Source: Octopus sinensis (taxonomy: Eukaryota). From it: 64,000 nt of DNA. The DNA is taken from positions 162,812,001-162,876,000 of the forward strand of contig NC_042998.1 in NCBI RefSeq assembly GCF_006345805.1. Direction: 5' to 3'. The translations under genes and the position numbers were made by a program. Position 1 is the stretch's first letter, and each line of letters opens with the position of its first letter. The notes under the pieces are model-generated. The model was not told the origin of the DNA and did not search any database. It was given only the letters and a program-made list of their open reading frames with translations. Shown one piece after another: positions 1 to 13,260 of the stretch.

Positions 1-713
1 AAACTATTTGCTCTAAGCATTTCGTACAAATATATATAAATTTAAATGTGACACAACGAAAGAATAAATTATTTTCTATACTCTATGGCATATAAAACCG
101 TGTACTAACTTCTTGAATGCCTGAAGAAGGCAAGCGGAGTAATTGTGACATCTAGGCTTTTCCTAAAACCATTTGATATTTAAATGAAATAGAATGGGTT
201 CGGCTTGGGATTGTAACTGATACGCAGAACATGTTGGCTAGAATCTTAGCTTTTTGCCCTGTGGCAACTCTTGCCACAATTAGTCTGAGAAATATTACAA
301 AATGTATATATTCTCATAATACAAATACGATTTCTTGCAAACACTCAACGTTTAATATGATTTTCAAGGGGCAAAGCCGATTTTTCAGCGCATTGCATAT
401 AAGTGTGTTGGGAACTTAACACAATGATGGGCATAATAAGAGTAGGATGTGGAATTGTAAAAGTGAACAGCTGAATAAAGTTTGTTTTTTGAATTGTTTC
501 GTTGGTTGTGCGGATGGTTGATTGGCTGGCTGGCTAGGTTGATGGTTTGTCTACAAAAGATGGCTGACTGTCAGCCCATGCTTGTATCATTACAAAAGAT
601 CTATGCCGAAAGGGAAACTCACCGCTTTTTACTTAACTTGTTTGCGGACTATAAACAGTTTTCAGAAGCAAAATAACTTTTGCTCGAGGGCAACAGTTCC
701 GTATTTTTGTGCT

Positions 714-953
714 TTCTTCTTCTTCTTCTTCTTCTTCTTCTTCTTCTTCTTCTTCTTCTTCTTCTTCTTCTTCTTCTTCTTCTTCTTCTTCTTCTTCTTC
801 TTCTTCTTCTTCTTCTTCTTCTTCTTCTTCTTCTTCTTCTCCTCCTCCTCCTCCTCCTCCTTCTTCTTCTTTCTTCTTCTTCTTCTTCTTCTTCTTCTTC
901 TTCTTCTTCTTCTTTTCTTCTTCTTCTTCTTCTTCTTCTTCTTTATTATTGAG

Positions 954-995
<42 letters not shown>
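714..995. repeat. Compound (TTC)n/(CTC)n/(TTA,TCA)n microsatellite
   Basis: Direct trinucleotide runs; source of the poly-F/L/S ORFs. Confidence 0.95.
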
Positions 996-996
<1 letters not shown>

Positions 997-1177
997 ACTT
1001 ACTGTTTTAATGCTTCTTTTTTATATTTATGCATACTTAATTGTTTGTTTTTCGTCAGTGTATATTTAGATAGAATTATGTGGAGTAGGTTAAAATGGCG
1101 GTGGTACGGGGATCATTAAAGAGAGTAAGAGGAGTACGGCTAGTGTTACTCATAGGAAGATTGAATGGTGGTGGTGT

Positions 1178-1178
1178 C

Positions 1179-1263
<85 letters not shown>

Positions 1264-1264
1264 A
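1178..1264. repeat. (TAG)n microsatellite
   Basis: Perfect run. Confidence 0.95.
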
Positions 1265-1350
1265 TGCTAGATGTTGTGGTGATGTAGTATGTAGTAGTGG
1301 TGACAGCAGATGACGATGATTTTTTAAATTAATGTTTAGTCTCGGATCAG

Positions 1351-1588
1351 TGGAGTCGCGTGGCTTAGTATTTAGGGTGTTGAACTCATGATCGTTAGAT
1401 TATGGATTCGATTCCTGGAAGGGTGATGTGTTATGTTCTTGAGCAAAACATCTTTCGTATTTGTCCATTCCTCTAAAATTGCAAAAATGAGTAATCATAC
1501 CAATGACTGTTATCCCGTCCAGAGAAACATATAACGCCACAGAATCCGGCAAACCGGCCTTACGAACCTATGGTTCGGGAGAAACCTT
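1351..1588 (+). mobile_element. tRNA-derived SINE family 2 (CORE-like), degenerate
   Basis: A-box-like gtggcttagtattt, B-box-like gattcgattcc, then ttcttgagcaaaaca core shared with 19178, 31988, 34298 and 48130. Confidence 0.65.
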
Positions 1589-1653
1589 TGATCTTTTGAT
1601 TCTCCGATCAAGCGAGATCAAACAAACGTCATGGATCTTCTGTCAATTTAGCC

Positions 1654-1910
1654 CAGTGGTTCTCAAATATTTTTTGCTTATGGACCCCTTTAATTCCTAT
1701 CTTACTCAAGGCCGGGGACCTTCATAGTCATTCGCTGTCTAAAAACAGTTATATTTTTATGATTGAATATTATTAGGAACTGTATAACAAAAATGCTTAA
1801 ATATTTTATGCATTTTAGAAAAAAAGACCAATTTTATTGCACATAAATTTTAACAACGAAATCTTATATGGGCCACCAAGGGCCATAGAGATCCAGGTTG
1901 AGAACCCCTA
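1654..1910. mobile_element. hAT (Charlie/MER5-like) MITE
   Basis: TIRs cagtggttctcaa ... ttgagaaccccta; 8-bp TSD atttagcc (1646-1653) / atttagac (1911-1918). Confidence 0.8.
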
Positions 1911-2519
1911 ATTTAGACGAAGAACATTCATTTATTTCTTCGGTCAACTGAACTATCTACTCTTTAAATTAACAAACATTTTAACTGGTTGATATTTCAC
2001 TGACACGTGTATCTTAAAACAAAGTAATTTTATGGCTCACTTAGCATGATACAGTGTATATCGCGGTTAGACATTTTAATTCATAAATAAATCCAGGCAG
2101 CCACACAGCTTTCGTCTCCCCAATTCTACTCACAGGTCTTGAGCCAACACGATGCTATGGTAAGATATTTACCTAAAATGCCTCGTCATTGCTCTGTAAT
2201 CTTCTTCACAACTCGATCATCTTCCTTTAAAAAAAAAACACTTTACTCAGACGTTTGGTTGTGACCATTCTAACTTTTCTTTCAGATAGTTTAACTAGAA
2301 CTACATTATCTAAAGTATTTTGTAAGACGGCGAGAATTTTTTATTTATTTATTTATTTCAGTTTTCATTTTTTAATTTTATCTCCCATCAACAAATTTGA
2401 TGTAAAAATACGAAAACTGATGAGAATGCATTGTATTCATCACCCAAAAGCAAACACAGACCGAATATACCCCTGAAAAAAGAAGGCAGTCCGGGATTAA
2501 TACAATTTCAACTCTCATT

Positions 2520-2802
2520 GAAGATCTCGGTGGAATTTGAACTCAGAACGTAGCAGCAGACGAAATACCTGTTTCTTTACTACCCACAAGGGGTTAAACA
2601 CAGAGAGGACAATCAAGGAAAGACAAACGGATGAAGTCGATTATATCGACCCCAGTGGGTAACTGGTACTTAATCTATCGACCCCGAAAGGATGAAAGGT
2701 AAAGTCAACCTCGGCGGAATTTGAACTCAGAACGTAACGGCAGATGAAATACCGCTAAGCATTTCGCCCAGCGTGCTAAGGATTCTGCCAGCTCGCCGCC
2801 TT
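2520..2802 (-). mobile_element. tRNA-derived SINE family 1, dimeric form
   Basis: Head ggcggcgagctggcagaa, B box gagttcaaattcc, central gtcgactttgcctttcatcctttcggggtcgat core; second headless monomer after gtagtaaagaaa. Confidence 0.85.
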
Positions 2803-3215
2803 AAAAACTTGTCTTCTGATTGATGTTACAGCCGTAGCCGACAAAAGCACATCTCTGAAAACGTTTGAAAAACTGGAGATTGAAATCGGAAGAATGTGGC
2901 ATCTCAAAGCAACAACATTACCTATTATTATTGGGGCACTTGATGAGATATCACAAGAAGCAAACAAGTTTGTAAACCAACTCTCTAGAAGCCCCAAAAT
3001 AAGCGAATTACAGATCATACTTACGAGTACTTCACATATTCTGCATAAATTCCTCTCCGTGTTAATGCAACCTTACCCACTCTGTATTTTACCTCCTACA
3101 GACATCAGTGTTTTCAGTTGCATGACACCTCAACTGTTAACATCTTTGCTGTTTCTTGACGTCTATGATTGAGGACTGGATACAACTCGTATAAATTAAA
3201 GCAAAACCAACGCAT
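2803..3215 (+). mobile_element. R4/Dong-type non-LTR retrotransposon 3' fragment (RLE domain), degenerate
   Basis: Translates KTCLLIDVTAVADK...EIEIGRMWHLKATTLPIIIGALD...ILTSTSHILHKFLS, typical of the RLE C-terminus; the 3' UTR ends in (AAT)n. Confidence 0.8.
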
Positions 3216-4343
3216 AACATAATAATAATAATCATGGTTTCAAATTTTGGTACAAGGACAGTAGCTTTAGGGAGTGGGTTTTAATAGAATATATTGATCC
3301 CAGTACTTGACTGGTACTTCAAAGACCCCAAAAGAATGAAAGACGGGTCTTAACTGGAACATCTAAAACATTATGTTACACAATTTTTGTCCTTGATTAG
3401 CAACCTTTATTTCCTATTTACTTCCCCCTAGAAAGTATGGAAAATGGTTAACATTTCCCTACAGCATTGCTTTTGTTACATTTATTCAAACCCCAAAGAA
3501 TCCCTCTCAACACATGGCTATGATGCTCTCCCACTACTCCTACTCAAGTGGTTATGGTCAAGCAACTGACAAGCAAATTGGGCAGAATATTTACTATAAC
3601 GATATTTCTGCTTCAGCAACTCAGTGCTGAACCTGTCTGAAATGTAATGGAAAATAGGTAAGAAAATAGATCAAAACATTGATGTCCAAGTCACAAAACC
3701 AAAGTTTGAAGGGAATAGTAGTCATGTCCTTCGATTTCTAGATAGAGGCAAATAGGAAATAATACTTACTGACCAAAGACAAAAATAAAACAAAACTTTT
3801 GTTACACAGTGTAATCCATAGATACTTTCAATCATCTCCGACCTTTGAATAGATAACAGCAATCACAACGTTTATGAAACCAAAACGTCTAACATAGATC
3901 CCACATAAACGAGAGCATGAAAATGACGATGTGGCGTTGGGGATGGGATATTAAACGTGCAGTACAACAATAACACACACTGGTATTGAATGAAAGGAAA
4001 AGTCCGAAAAGAAAGGAAAAAAAGATTTCAGAAAGGCTTTCGTTTTCAATTATCTGACTTACACAACTTTGGTAAAAATTTATAAATAAATAAATCACCA
4101 TAGTTTTTCTGTTTCTAGCTTAAGATTAAGAATGTCTTGTATGTTTTTGGATATAACTTGGCTTTGCTAATGGTTGTAGAATTCTTCCTGACATCGACAA
4201 AAAAATAGTTTTCTTTGTAATTCTAGCATAAAAATGGAACCAATACATCATGTGGAAGATATATTGTATTCACATTCTTTGTAAATGGACTTTCAAGTTT
4301 TGATGCTATTCTTGAAATTGCCTTTCTCTCTGTGTGTGTGTGT

Positions 4344-4396
<53 letters not shown>

Positions 4397-4555
4397 CTCT
4401 CTCTTCTAACTCACCTTTTTATCTGTCTGTCTGTTTCTCACTATCCCCTATATGTGTGTGTGCGCTCGCACACGCGCATTTCTGCACCTCTTTTTCCTTT
4501 TGGTTTTCGCTTCCTTCTCACTCCCCCCCCTTCTCTCTATATATATCTGTGAAGT

Positions 4556-5825
4556 ATTCGTTTATTCATAGATGAGGCTTCTCTGTCGCAATTCTCAATT
4601 TCTCATTTCCATGTTTCTCACTGACTGCAGTTCAAACCCGAATTTCAGGCTTTGGGGCGTCTCAAAGTTATAATTAAGTTGGGGTTAGCGGGTTAAGCTA
4701 TTGTGGTACAGCAAAATATTTACATCATCTTTGTTGTGTCAATACATATTATTCTAACTCATGAATACAGCTAGATCATAATTGATCTGTTTGACAACTA
4801 ATCAGAGATCGCTACTTCTCTACTATATAAAGGCTACTAATATCATACTTTCCGATGAAAGTAATCAATTTGTTATTATGAGTTAATTAGAGAATACTAT
4901 TATATAGACGCTGTCAGTATCATGCTGCTTCATTTCCAGTTTGTCCGTTGATGTCCCATTCGCCGTCGCTGGAAATTGCTAAAAAGTTCATGATTTTCTT
5001 GCCTACATCTATGTGCAAACTCTAATTTTTTTTTCATTAGAATCTCGTATTGTTGCACAGTACGTCATATTATTCTTCCAGGCAAAACAGAAACGTTCTT
5101 TATCCGTTCGTATAAGAAGAGCAGTTCCTTAGATGACAAAGATATGATGGTGTTGTTGAATCCATTATCCTTCAAACACCAGTTAGAACAGTAAAGGGAA
5201 ATGACTTGTTTAGTATGTATTCTCTTGGACATTCTTTCGGTAAAACTAATGTAATTCTCTTCGTTGCCAACTATCGAAGGTACATGGACTTAATACGCTT
5301 GAGCCACTTTTAAGGAAATTCGGTTGAAACAACATGGCGTTGCTCTAATTTCATCAAGAAAGAAGAGTTAGTTAGTTATTAGTGTGTGATTGTTTCAATT
5401 CTTTCTTGATAAGGTGTAGTTCTAACTAACTTTTCTATTATTTAACATGATGGGCCTATGACAGTTGTAGTTATTGAGGAAAATAGTTTTATTATCAGTG
5501 TTAGTATATTTCTAGTTTTACTGAACGTTACATTTATTCTCCCCGTGCATATACGTATGTATGTTATTCAACATTGTTATGTTGGTCTTAGTGGTATTAC
5601 AATTTTGTATGTATTGCATTTGAACCCGCTTTTTTAGCGCATATTCGTTTATTCAAAGATGAGGTTTCTCTGTCGCAATTCTCGGTTTGTCATTTCCATT
5701 TTTCTTACTGACTACAATTCAAACCCAAATATCAAGCTTTGAGGTGTCTCAAAGTTATAATTCAGTTGGAGTTAGCGGGTTAAGCCACTGTGGTACATCA
5801 TCTTGTATTTACATCATTTTGTTAT
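4556..5825. repeat. Pair of ~175-bp direct repeats (4556-4735, 5642-5825) flanking ~0.9 kb
   Basis: Shared attcgtttattca.agatgagg..tctctgtcgcaattctc...tcaaagttataatt.agttgg.gttagcgggttaagc...tgtggtaca. Confidence 0.85.
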
Positions 5826-5981
5826 ATGCAGCGCAATTGAAGTATACCATAACAGAGAACATGTAAGAAGTTAGAGTAAATTGTTTAGACCAGGTTTTTT
5901 ATAACTGTAAGGTAGTGGTTGAAATGTAAGTTCGTGTAATTTAGTTCTACGTTATCCTTTCCCTAAGCATATTTACTATTC

Positions 5982-6309
5982 CAGGGTTTCTCAACCATTT
6001 CTTATCTATGAACCTCTTTCATTATTATCTTATTCTGGTGGACCCCTATAGCCATTCGATATTTGAAAACTAGTTTTATAGAAACTTCTTCTAAAATCCA
6101 TATTTTGTTTTTCACGCATTAACTTGCATAGGTTGAACTACGTAAAATGTTACAGAAAGAAACTTAGTTGCTTTTTGCAATACATACCAATGCATACATA
6201 TAAAGCAAATTTTTTTCAGGGGTCCTTAAAATACTATTTTGGTGCATGGACCTCCAAAAATCTTATTTGGACCCATAGGGGCCATATGGGTCCCTGTTGA
6301 GAACCACTG
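5982..6309. mobile_element. hAT (Charlie/MER5-like) MITE
   Basis: TIRs cagggtttctcaac ... gttgagaaccactg; subterminal tggaccc/ggccat motifs shared with the 1654 copy; TSD decayed (5/8). Confidence 0.75.
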
Positions 6310-6430
6310 CAGTAATCCTTAAAATTTGAATGGTTTCTTAAAAGTTACTAAATTTATGATCGTTCTGATGGTAGTTTTAAAATTATATTATCTAAACGTT
6401 TCAATTAATGTTTTCTAAATTTATTTAAAA

Positions 6431-8187
6431 CTAGCATTATGACCCGTCGTTGCCGGTTCATAGTGCTAGTGCATGTATATATGCGTATATATATGTACAT
6501 ATTACATGTACATCTATATATATACATCTACACATAAAATACAAAATACAAAGTTATATCTTGATATCGCTAGTGATAACAATACTCAAAATATATAACA
6601 GACTGGAATTGTAGGCCAGTCTCTTGCAATTTCGATCAATTGTATCTTGTCCTCCCTCTTGTATAGAAGTGTGGCTACAATCCAGCCTACCTCTACTTCT
6701 GGGGGGACATTTTTAATTTTTATCCGGGACGTCCTACGTATCAGATATAAAGGTAAAAATAAGATATTTCCACTTTGCAAGGTTCGAGTCGAGTACTCCC
6801 TTGCACGCTCCGTTGACTCGAACCTTGCTTCTATTGTGGCGAGTTTACCGCTTCTGATTAGATATTTTTCATAGTCGCACCAAGACACTTTTCGATGGTG
6901 CTTTTCTCCAGATGTTCAAATCTTTTTTTCTCTACATTGTATACTTTATAGACAATAGTCTTTTCTTTAATTTAATTTTTTATTTCGTTTGGTAGTGTTA
7001 ACCTAGATTCACCGTCTTTGTCGGTGATCAACCCGAAATAGGTTTGTATTTCTTCCATTTTAATTTTAATGAGTTCGCGTCCGCCTACGGCTGCAGCGAA
7101 ATTCATTTTTGGACTTTCTTCTATCGAAGGCATTCTAACAAAAATGCTTCCGTATAAACTGTGAAAATTTTGTCAATTTCCCCAAACAGGGACACAATTC
7201 AATTTTTAAACAATAACCAAAGCTCCTTCTCCCAAAGGGGGAGGGCTACAGTTTACAATTATTTAACAAATGCAACACAACAACGTTTCCCTTACGAGGA
7301 ACCAACAAACGTGATAACAATAGTTAAACAGTAATAATAATAACAACAAACCTTACGGTGAATCTAAAAAGCAGTACGCAGTTGAAGCTATAGTCCTTTA
7401 TGTATAAGAAATAAGCCAACAGCAGTACTCAGTAGAAGCGGGTGTTCGAGAAAACAGACATTAAATACACCCAAACTTCATATAGATACTTAATGCTAGC
7501 TAATTAGCAGATAATCTAATGTAAAAGCCGTGGTAAACGGTATGTGCACAACTCCATCTGGACTATTCCATTTCTGCACACTAATTTTATTTTTAATTTA
7601 TTCCCATTCATGTGAAACCACTTATTCAAGTTCAAGTCATTGATGCAATTTTATACCAATTGCTATTTTTACTTTTGTTATGTTACTATTATATTATTCT
7701 TTAGTTTGATTTTAATTATTACTTATTACTTACTACATATAATTCAGTTGTTATTATTATCTCTAATTTTTATTGTTAAAGTGAAAGTATCTGACATAAA
7801 ATAGAGAAATGTTTTTGTTTCACTTTTAACACGTAATACTGAAATAGTGGAGAAGATATGATATTGCTATAGGCTCGCCCTAGGCAAGAAGTTGAACATT
7901 TTTTTGGCCATGAAACTACATGGACCCTAAGTAAGGCATGTGTAAAATTTGAATGAAATTGGTTGTGTAGTTCTCAAGTTTTAGGGAATCGTAGTGGAGA
8001 AGATATGATATTGCTGTAGGCTCGCCCTAGGCAAAAAGTTTTTAACGATTTTGCCGATGATACTCCCCGGACCCTAAGTAAGGCATGTGTAAAATTTGAA
8101 TGAAATTGTTTGTGTAGTTCTCAAATTTTAGGGAAACAGACAGACAGACAGACAGACACACACACATTCTCAGTTTTATATACATAG
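6431..8187 (-). mobile_element. Non-autonomous Helitron (Lep1-like architecture)
   Basis: Minus strand starts ctatgtatataaaactgagaatg followed by (TG)/(TGTC)n; ends with a GC hairpin accggcaacgacgggt ~10 nt before the terminal CTAG, followed by T; internal 147-bp tandem duplication 7845-8137. Confidence 0.7.
6586..6960 (-). pseudogene. L1/Tx1-clade ORF1 (RRM-like) fragment inside the Helitron
   Basis: TIVYKVYNVEKKRFEHLEKSTIEKCLG, then frameshift to DYEKYLIRSGKLATIEARFESTERAREY...RIKIKNVPPEVEVGWIVATLLY; the V/IxIxNVPP motif resembles L1/Tx1 ORF1. Confidence 0.5.
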
Positions 8188-8354
8188 CTGTTCATATGGT
8201 GGGAGATTAATACAGATCTACATTTATATCTCTTCTTATTCTACAATCCACTTTCTATAGACCCTAGCAGGATTTACACTCAGAATGCAAATAGATGAAA
8301 CTCTAAAAGCAAGGCGTTTTGCCTTACACACCAACGATTTTGCTAATACAATGG

Positions 8355-8810
8355 CCATAATAATAATAATGGTTTAAAAGTTTTTCACAATTTTAACTAG
8401 TCCGAGGGACGGGGTGTACTTATCTTTTTTTTTGCCCTAAAACGATAAAAGGCAAAGTCGACCTCGGCAGAATTTGAACTAAGAACATAAAGACGGACGA
8501 AATGCCGCTAAGCATTTTGTTCGGCCTACTAATGATTTTGCAAGCTCGCCGCCTTAATAGCAGTCCTATCTACGGTAGGCATAAGGCCTGAAATTTGGTG
8601 GGAAGGGGCTGGTCAATTAAATTGACCCCACTGCTCAACTGGTAATTATATTATCGACCTCGAAAGGATGGAAAGCAAAGTGGACCTCAGCAGAATTTGA
8701 GCTCAGCACATAATTTGAACTCCTAGCAGTAATGATTCTGCCAGGAGAAATGCAGTCGAGCCTTTTGTCCGATTCGTTAACGATTTTATCCGCTTGCTGC
8801 CTTAATAACA
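8355..8810 (-). mobile_element. Cluster of three family-1 SINE copies
   Basis: Repeated aaaggcaaagtcgacctcggc.gaatttgaact motifs. Confidence 0.8.
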
Positions 8811-9429
8811 TCAGTCCGATAAGGATAATGTCCCACAGCAGCTTCCACGAATAATACTCGAAGACGCTACGATGTAGTGATGTTAATCTCCATGCGCATG
8901 CCCGACTATTTCAATCTCCTTAGAAAGATGTATATGTGGCACTCATATGTACTTCCATCTGTCTCGAAAATTGGCAATGGGAAGACATTACGAAGCTTGA
9001 GCTTAAAGACATCGTCAAACATAATTTAATAGGCCTAACAATAGTCTCGTCGATAACAATAACAATATTGAACTAAACATTTTCACAACAATAGCAAAAA
9101 TCATAGTTTTCTATAGCGAATTGGAAGGCTAAGAATTTATTTACATCATCTATTGAAATTATGACGTTATGACATTTAATTAACATATCAATCATCCGAT
9201 TTATAATTGATACAATTGGAATGGTATACGATTAAATCTGTAAATACTTTGATAGATATAAGGATAGACATACGCACAACACAGAAAATTACAATACTTG
9301 GGTCTATAAAATTTGTTACGGTATTTTCGCAAAGCGTTGTTGATACTGTATATTTTTATGCATGCTTTCCAGGTTTATCTAATTGTTCTTGATGTAAGAA
9401 ATGGCACTCGATGTATTTCTCCAAATCTC

Positions 9430-9703
9430 GAATGGAAATAATAATATTAATCCTTTCTATTATAAGTACAAGGTCTGAAATTGGTGGGAAGAGCAAGTCG
9501 ATTGCATCGACACCAGTGTACTTATTTTATAACCCCCCAAAGGATGAAATGCAAAGTCGAACTCGGCGGAATTTTAATTCTGAATATAAAGACGGACGAA
9601 AAGTAGTGCATTTCGCCCGGTGCGCTAACGATTCTGCTCGCTCGCAGCATTAATAATAATGATGATAATAATAATAATAATAATAATAATGATAATAATA
9701 ATA

Positions 9704-9753
<50 letters not shown>

Positions 9754-9830
9754 TAATCCTATCTACTATAGGCACAGGGGCGTGAAATTTTGGAGAAGGG
9801 GCGCTAGTCGATCGCATCGACCAGTTGCGT
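9430..9830 (-). mobile_element. Family-1 SINE copies separated by (AAT)n (9651-9756)
   Basis: Family-1 core and head; partial second tail after the microsatellite. Confidence 0.75.
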
Positions 9831-10589
9831 GATCTGTGCTTGAACCATTTTCAGCAGCATGTCACAGAGATGAGCTGTGAAAAGACGTGTTGCATCTACA
9901 GCTGTTCGCCGTGACCATTAGATTTTTTAAACTTTTTGTTGTATTCGACGTTTTCCATCTAAATGACACATTGTCATGTATCTGAAATTTTTTTGTGTTG
10001 TGTTCATTTTGTATTGCACGAGGTTTGTAATCCTATGTTATCTATACAACTATAAATAACCTTCACTTTTTTATGATGTTGTCCGATGCAAGTAAATATG
10101 TAGTAACCAGTGCAATGTAAGCCATAGCAAACATTTGTGAATGCATTTAAGCTACAAGGACGGTTATACCAGATAATGTTTCTATTTTGTGATAGGTATT
10201 ATTTGTTGTGGGCTTATGTATCTTAGTTTGATGTAAAAGCTACTTCTAGCTACACAGAAGTGTAGACAACATTGTGGTGGACACACCATTGGACAGCATC
10301 GTATTGGAAAAATCATTGGATAGCATTGCTGAGTATTTCTTTTTCATAAGAGGTTATTAGATATGCATCTGCTTTTGTTGTCAGTAACTTGTAACTGCGA
10401 GTGAATGATTAGTGTTTCTGTTTATATATACTGTTTCTTTAACGAATGAAATAGTGGTGTCCTGTCACCATCTAAAATTGAAATAAAGTTTTTGATTAAC
10501 GGTAACAGTCTGGTCGAACGAAATTAGACGAGGCTTAAAATAATAGTTGCCATTTGCCAAATAATATATACATATATGTGAGTGCGTGA

Positions 10590-10860
<271 letters not shown>

Positions 10861-11915
10861 GTATCTATGCTTGTATAATTATAACCCAAACTCATATTAT
10901 AGTTCTGTTTTATACAAGTAAAATGTGATATTCTCTGACTAAAGGATTCGAACTGGCAAGCGCTGCTTTTAGCTGGTTTGTTTCTGCAACGAAAATAACT
11001 TTGTTAGAAAATAAATAAAAAGAGAACAGGACGATATCAAGGAAAATTCCAAGAATGCTATGCTGCTCTTTTATTTTCGAATATATCAAGTCTACAATCA
11101 TAGTATCAGTATCTCGTTACTTTTTGATTATTCGTGGTGAATCTCTGCAACCAAGAATTAATTTATTGAATCAGGGAAAAAATCCATTGGGCAAAATCAG
11201 AAAATGACTGTCTAAGAATAATTCAGTTCTTCCTTAGTATTAGCTACAGGCAACAATGTCCAGTGAGGTTTCGAAAATATAAGCAAAAAGTGTAAATGCC
11301 TGAAGACTGTTGAAGAGTATAATACGGCAGAGGTCTTGTCCACGTCAATTGTGTTATGGTTTAATGTCACAGAACTCTGGTTAATATTCAATATCGCTTT
11401 GTAATACAGACGTTTGATTTTTTCTGTAACGATGCCACAAGCTGTAATATCCCCAAGTGAGAGGAACAATGATTTTGGTAGGCAACACGAAGAGGCAGAT
11501 ACAGCTAAATTGGTTTATATCATAGGATTAATGATATTCAGATTTAATGAAATCAGCAATAGATTTACATAGAAAAGTAAATACTTTCTGAGTCTGTTAA
11601 GTTTAAGTTAACTCACAGTCTCCATAATTGCCTTAATTCAGTAGTAGCTGTGTTTCTTTGGTTTGTTTTAGTCATTGAAGCCAAGGCCATGCTGGAGCAT
11701 AGCCTTGAGTGGATATTGTTTACTGAACTGAAGATCAATTACAATGAAATTTTGACTGAACACGATGCTCTCGGCTGATATACGATGAAATACATTGAAG
11801 ACTATCAATTGCAGTCAGTACAGAATATCTCATTAACAGGTGAGAAATTTTGGTCAAAAGAAATTGACTGAATAATCTAGTTGCTAGTTAATTTCTTTTG
11901 TTTGTATATTTACTA

Positions 11916-11946
<31 letters not shown>

Positions 11947-11974
11947 CACGCATAGATATGCGTGTCTGTGCGTG

Positions 11975-12017
<43 letters not shown>

Positions 12018-12032
12018 TGTGTGTATGTGTAT

Positions 12033-12066
<34 letters not shown>

Positions 12067-12988
12067 TATGTATGTATGTATGTATGTATGTATGTATGTA
12101 TTGTAACTATATTCCGCCAGATCTTAGATCCACTTTCAACGCTTCTCTTGCATTCTTCGTCTTTAGTAAACTTGATATGCTGACCATTGATACTCGCTTG
12201 TGAAGTGTCTTCAACTCTAATTGATTTCGATGTGAATCCTCAACTAACCACCCCATAATTTCAAATTGTTCTGTTAATCTGAAACCAGAATCTCCTTAGT
12301 AGCCACATATAAGCTGTATGTTCCTGGCACAATAATTCTAATAATGGTTCTAATGGAAAATATTGTTTGTATAATAGTTGATCAAATGTTGTTTGTCTTC
12401 TTGATTATCCTCTTTGATTTATAATGATTCTAATTCAGAAATCTTTTATTTAAAGGCTTCATCCTAGTTTAACTCCTGATCTAAAATTGGTTCTAGCAAC
12501 AGCAGTGTCACAATCGTTTATTTCATGATTCAGTCAGAGACAGAAATACAGTGGAATTTTTTTTACCACTGCATTCCATAAACTAAAATCCGAGACTATT
12601 TCCCCTTAAAGCTAATGGTTATTTTACAAATATATGACTTGGATCTGCTTCTAATACCAATAGTGAAGTGATGAAATGGAAAGTTAACTCTTTAGAGAAT
12701 TTTGAATGAAGAGATATGGAAGCAACACTGTGTGATATTTAACTTGGTTCTCTGGTATTTCTGCTTTCACTCTCGCTTAGAATTGAATGATTTTTGAATA
12801 ATTCACGACCTCTATTTTGAATTCACAATCTCTCTCTCTCCCTCCCTCTCCCCCCTCTCTCTCTCTCACTCACTCACACACACACATACACACATTCTCT
12901 CCCATTCTCCGTCTCTTTCTCACTCTTTTTCTTTCTTTCATGTACACATATAACGGAAACATTCATGTATATGTAGTATATGTATGCA

Positions 12989-13028
<40 letters not shown>

Positions 13029-13202
13029 GCTCATATATGTATATATGTGTGAGGGTGTATATATATATATATATATATAGTATATATATATATATATATA
13101 TGCTTGTAATTTGGTTGTGCTTTGAGAATCCAACATCGGTTGAATTTCGCAATAGTCACCATTGAAAACACACACACACACACACACATACACACACACA
13201 CA

Positions 13203-13246
<44 letters not shown>

Positions 13247-13260
13247 ACATACACACACTC
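11975..13260. repeat. (TA)n, (TATG)n, (CT)n and (CA)n tracts (11975-12100, 12830-12895, 12990-13260)
   Basis: Direct reading. Confidence 0.9.

Noticed and set aside
121-175. ctgaaga-agg...cct-aaaac hammerhead-like string
   Set aside because: GAAA is mutated and no stem I or III pairing is recoverable.
582-1313. Long poly-F/L/S ORFs
   Set aside because: Translations of (TTC)n, (CTC)n and (TAG)n microsatellites.
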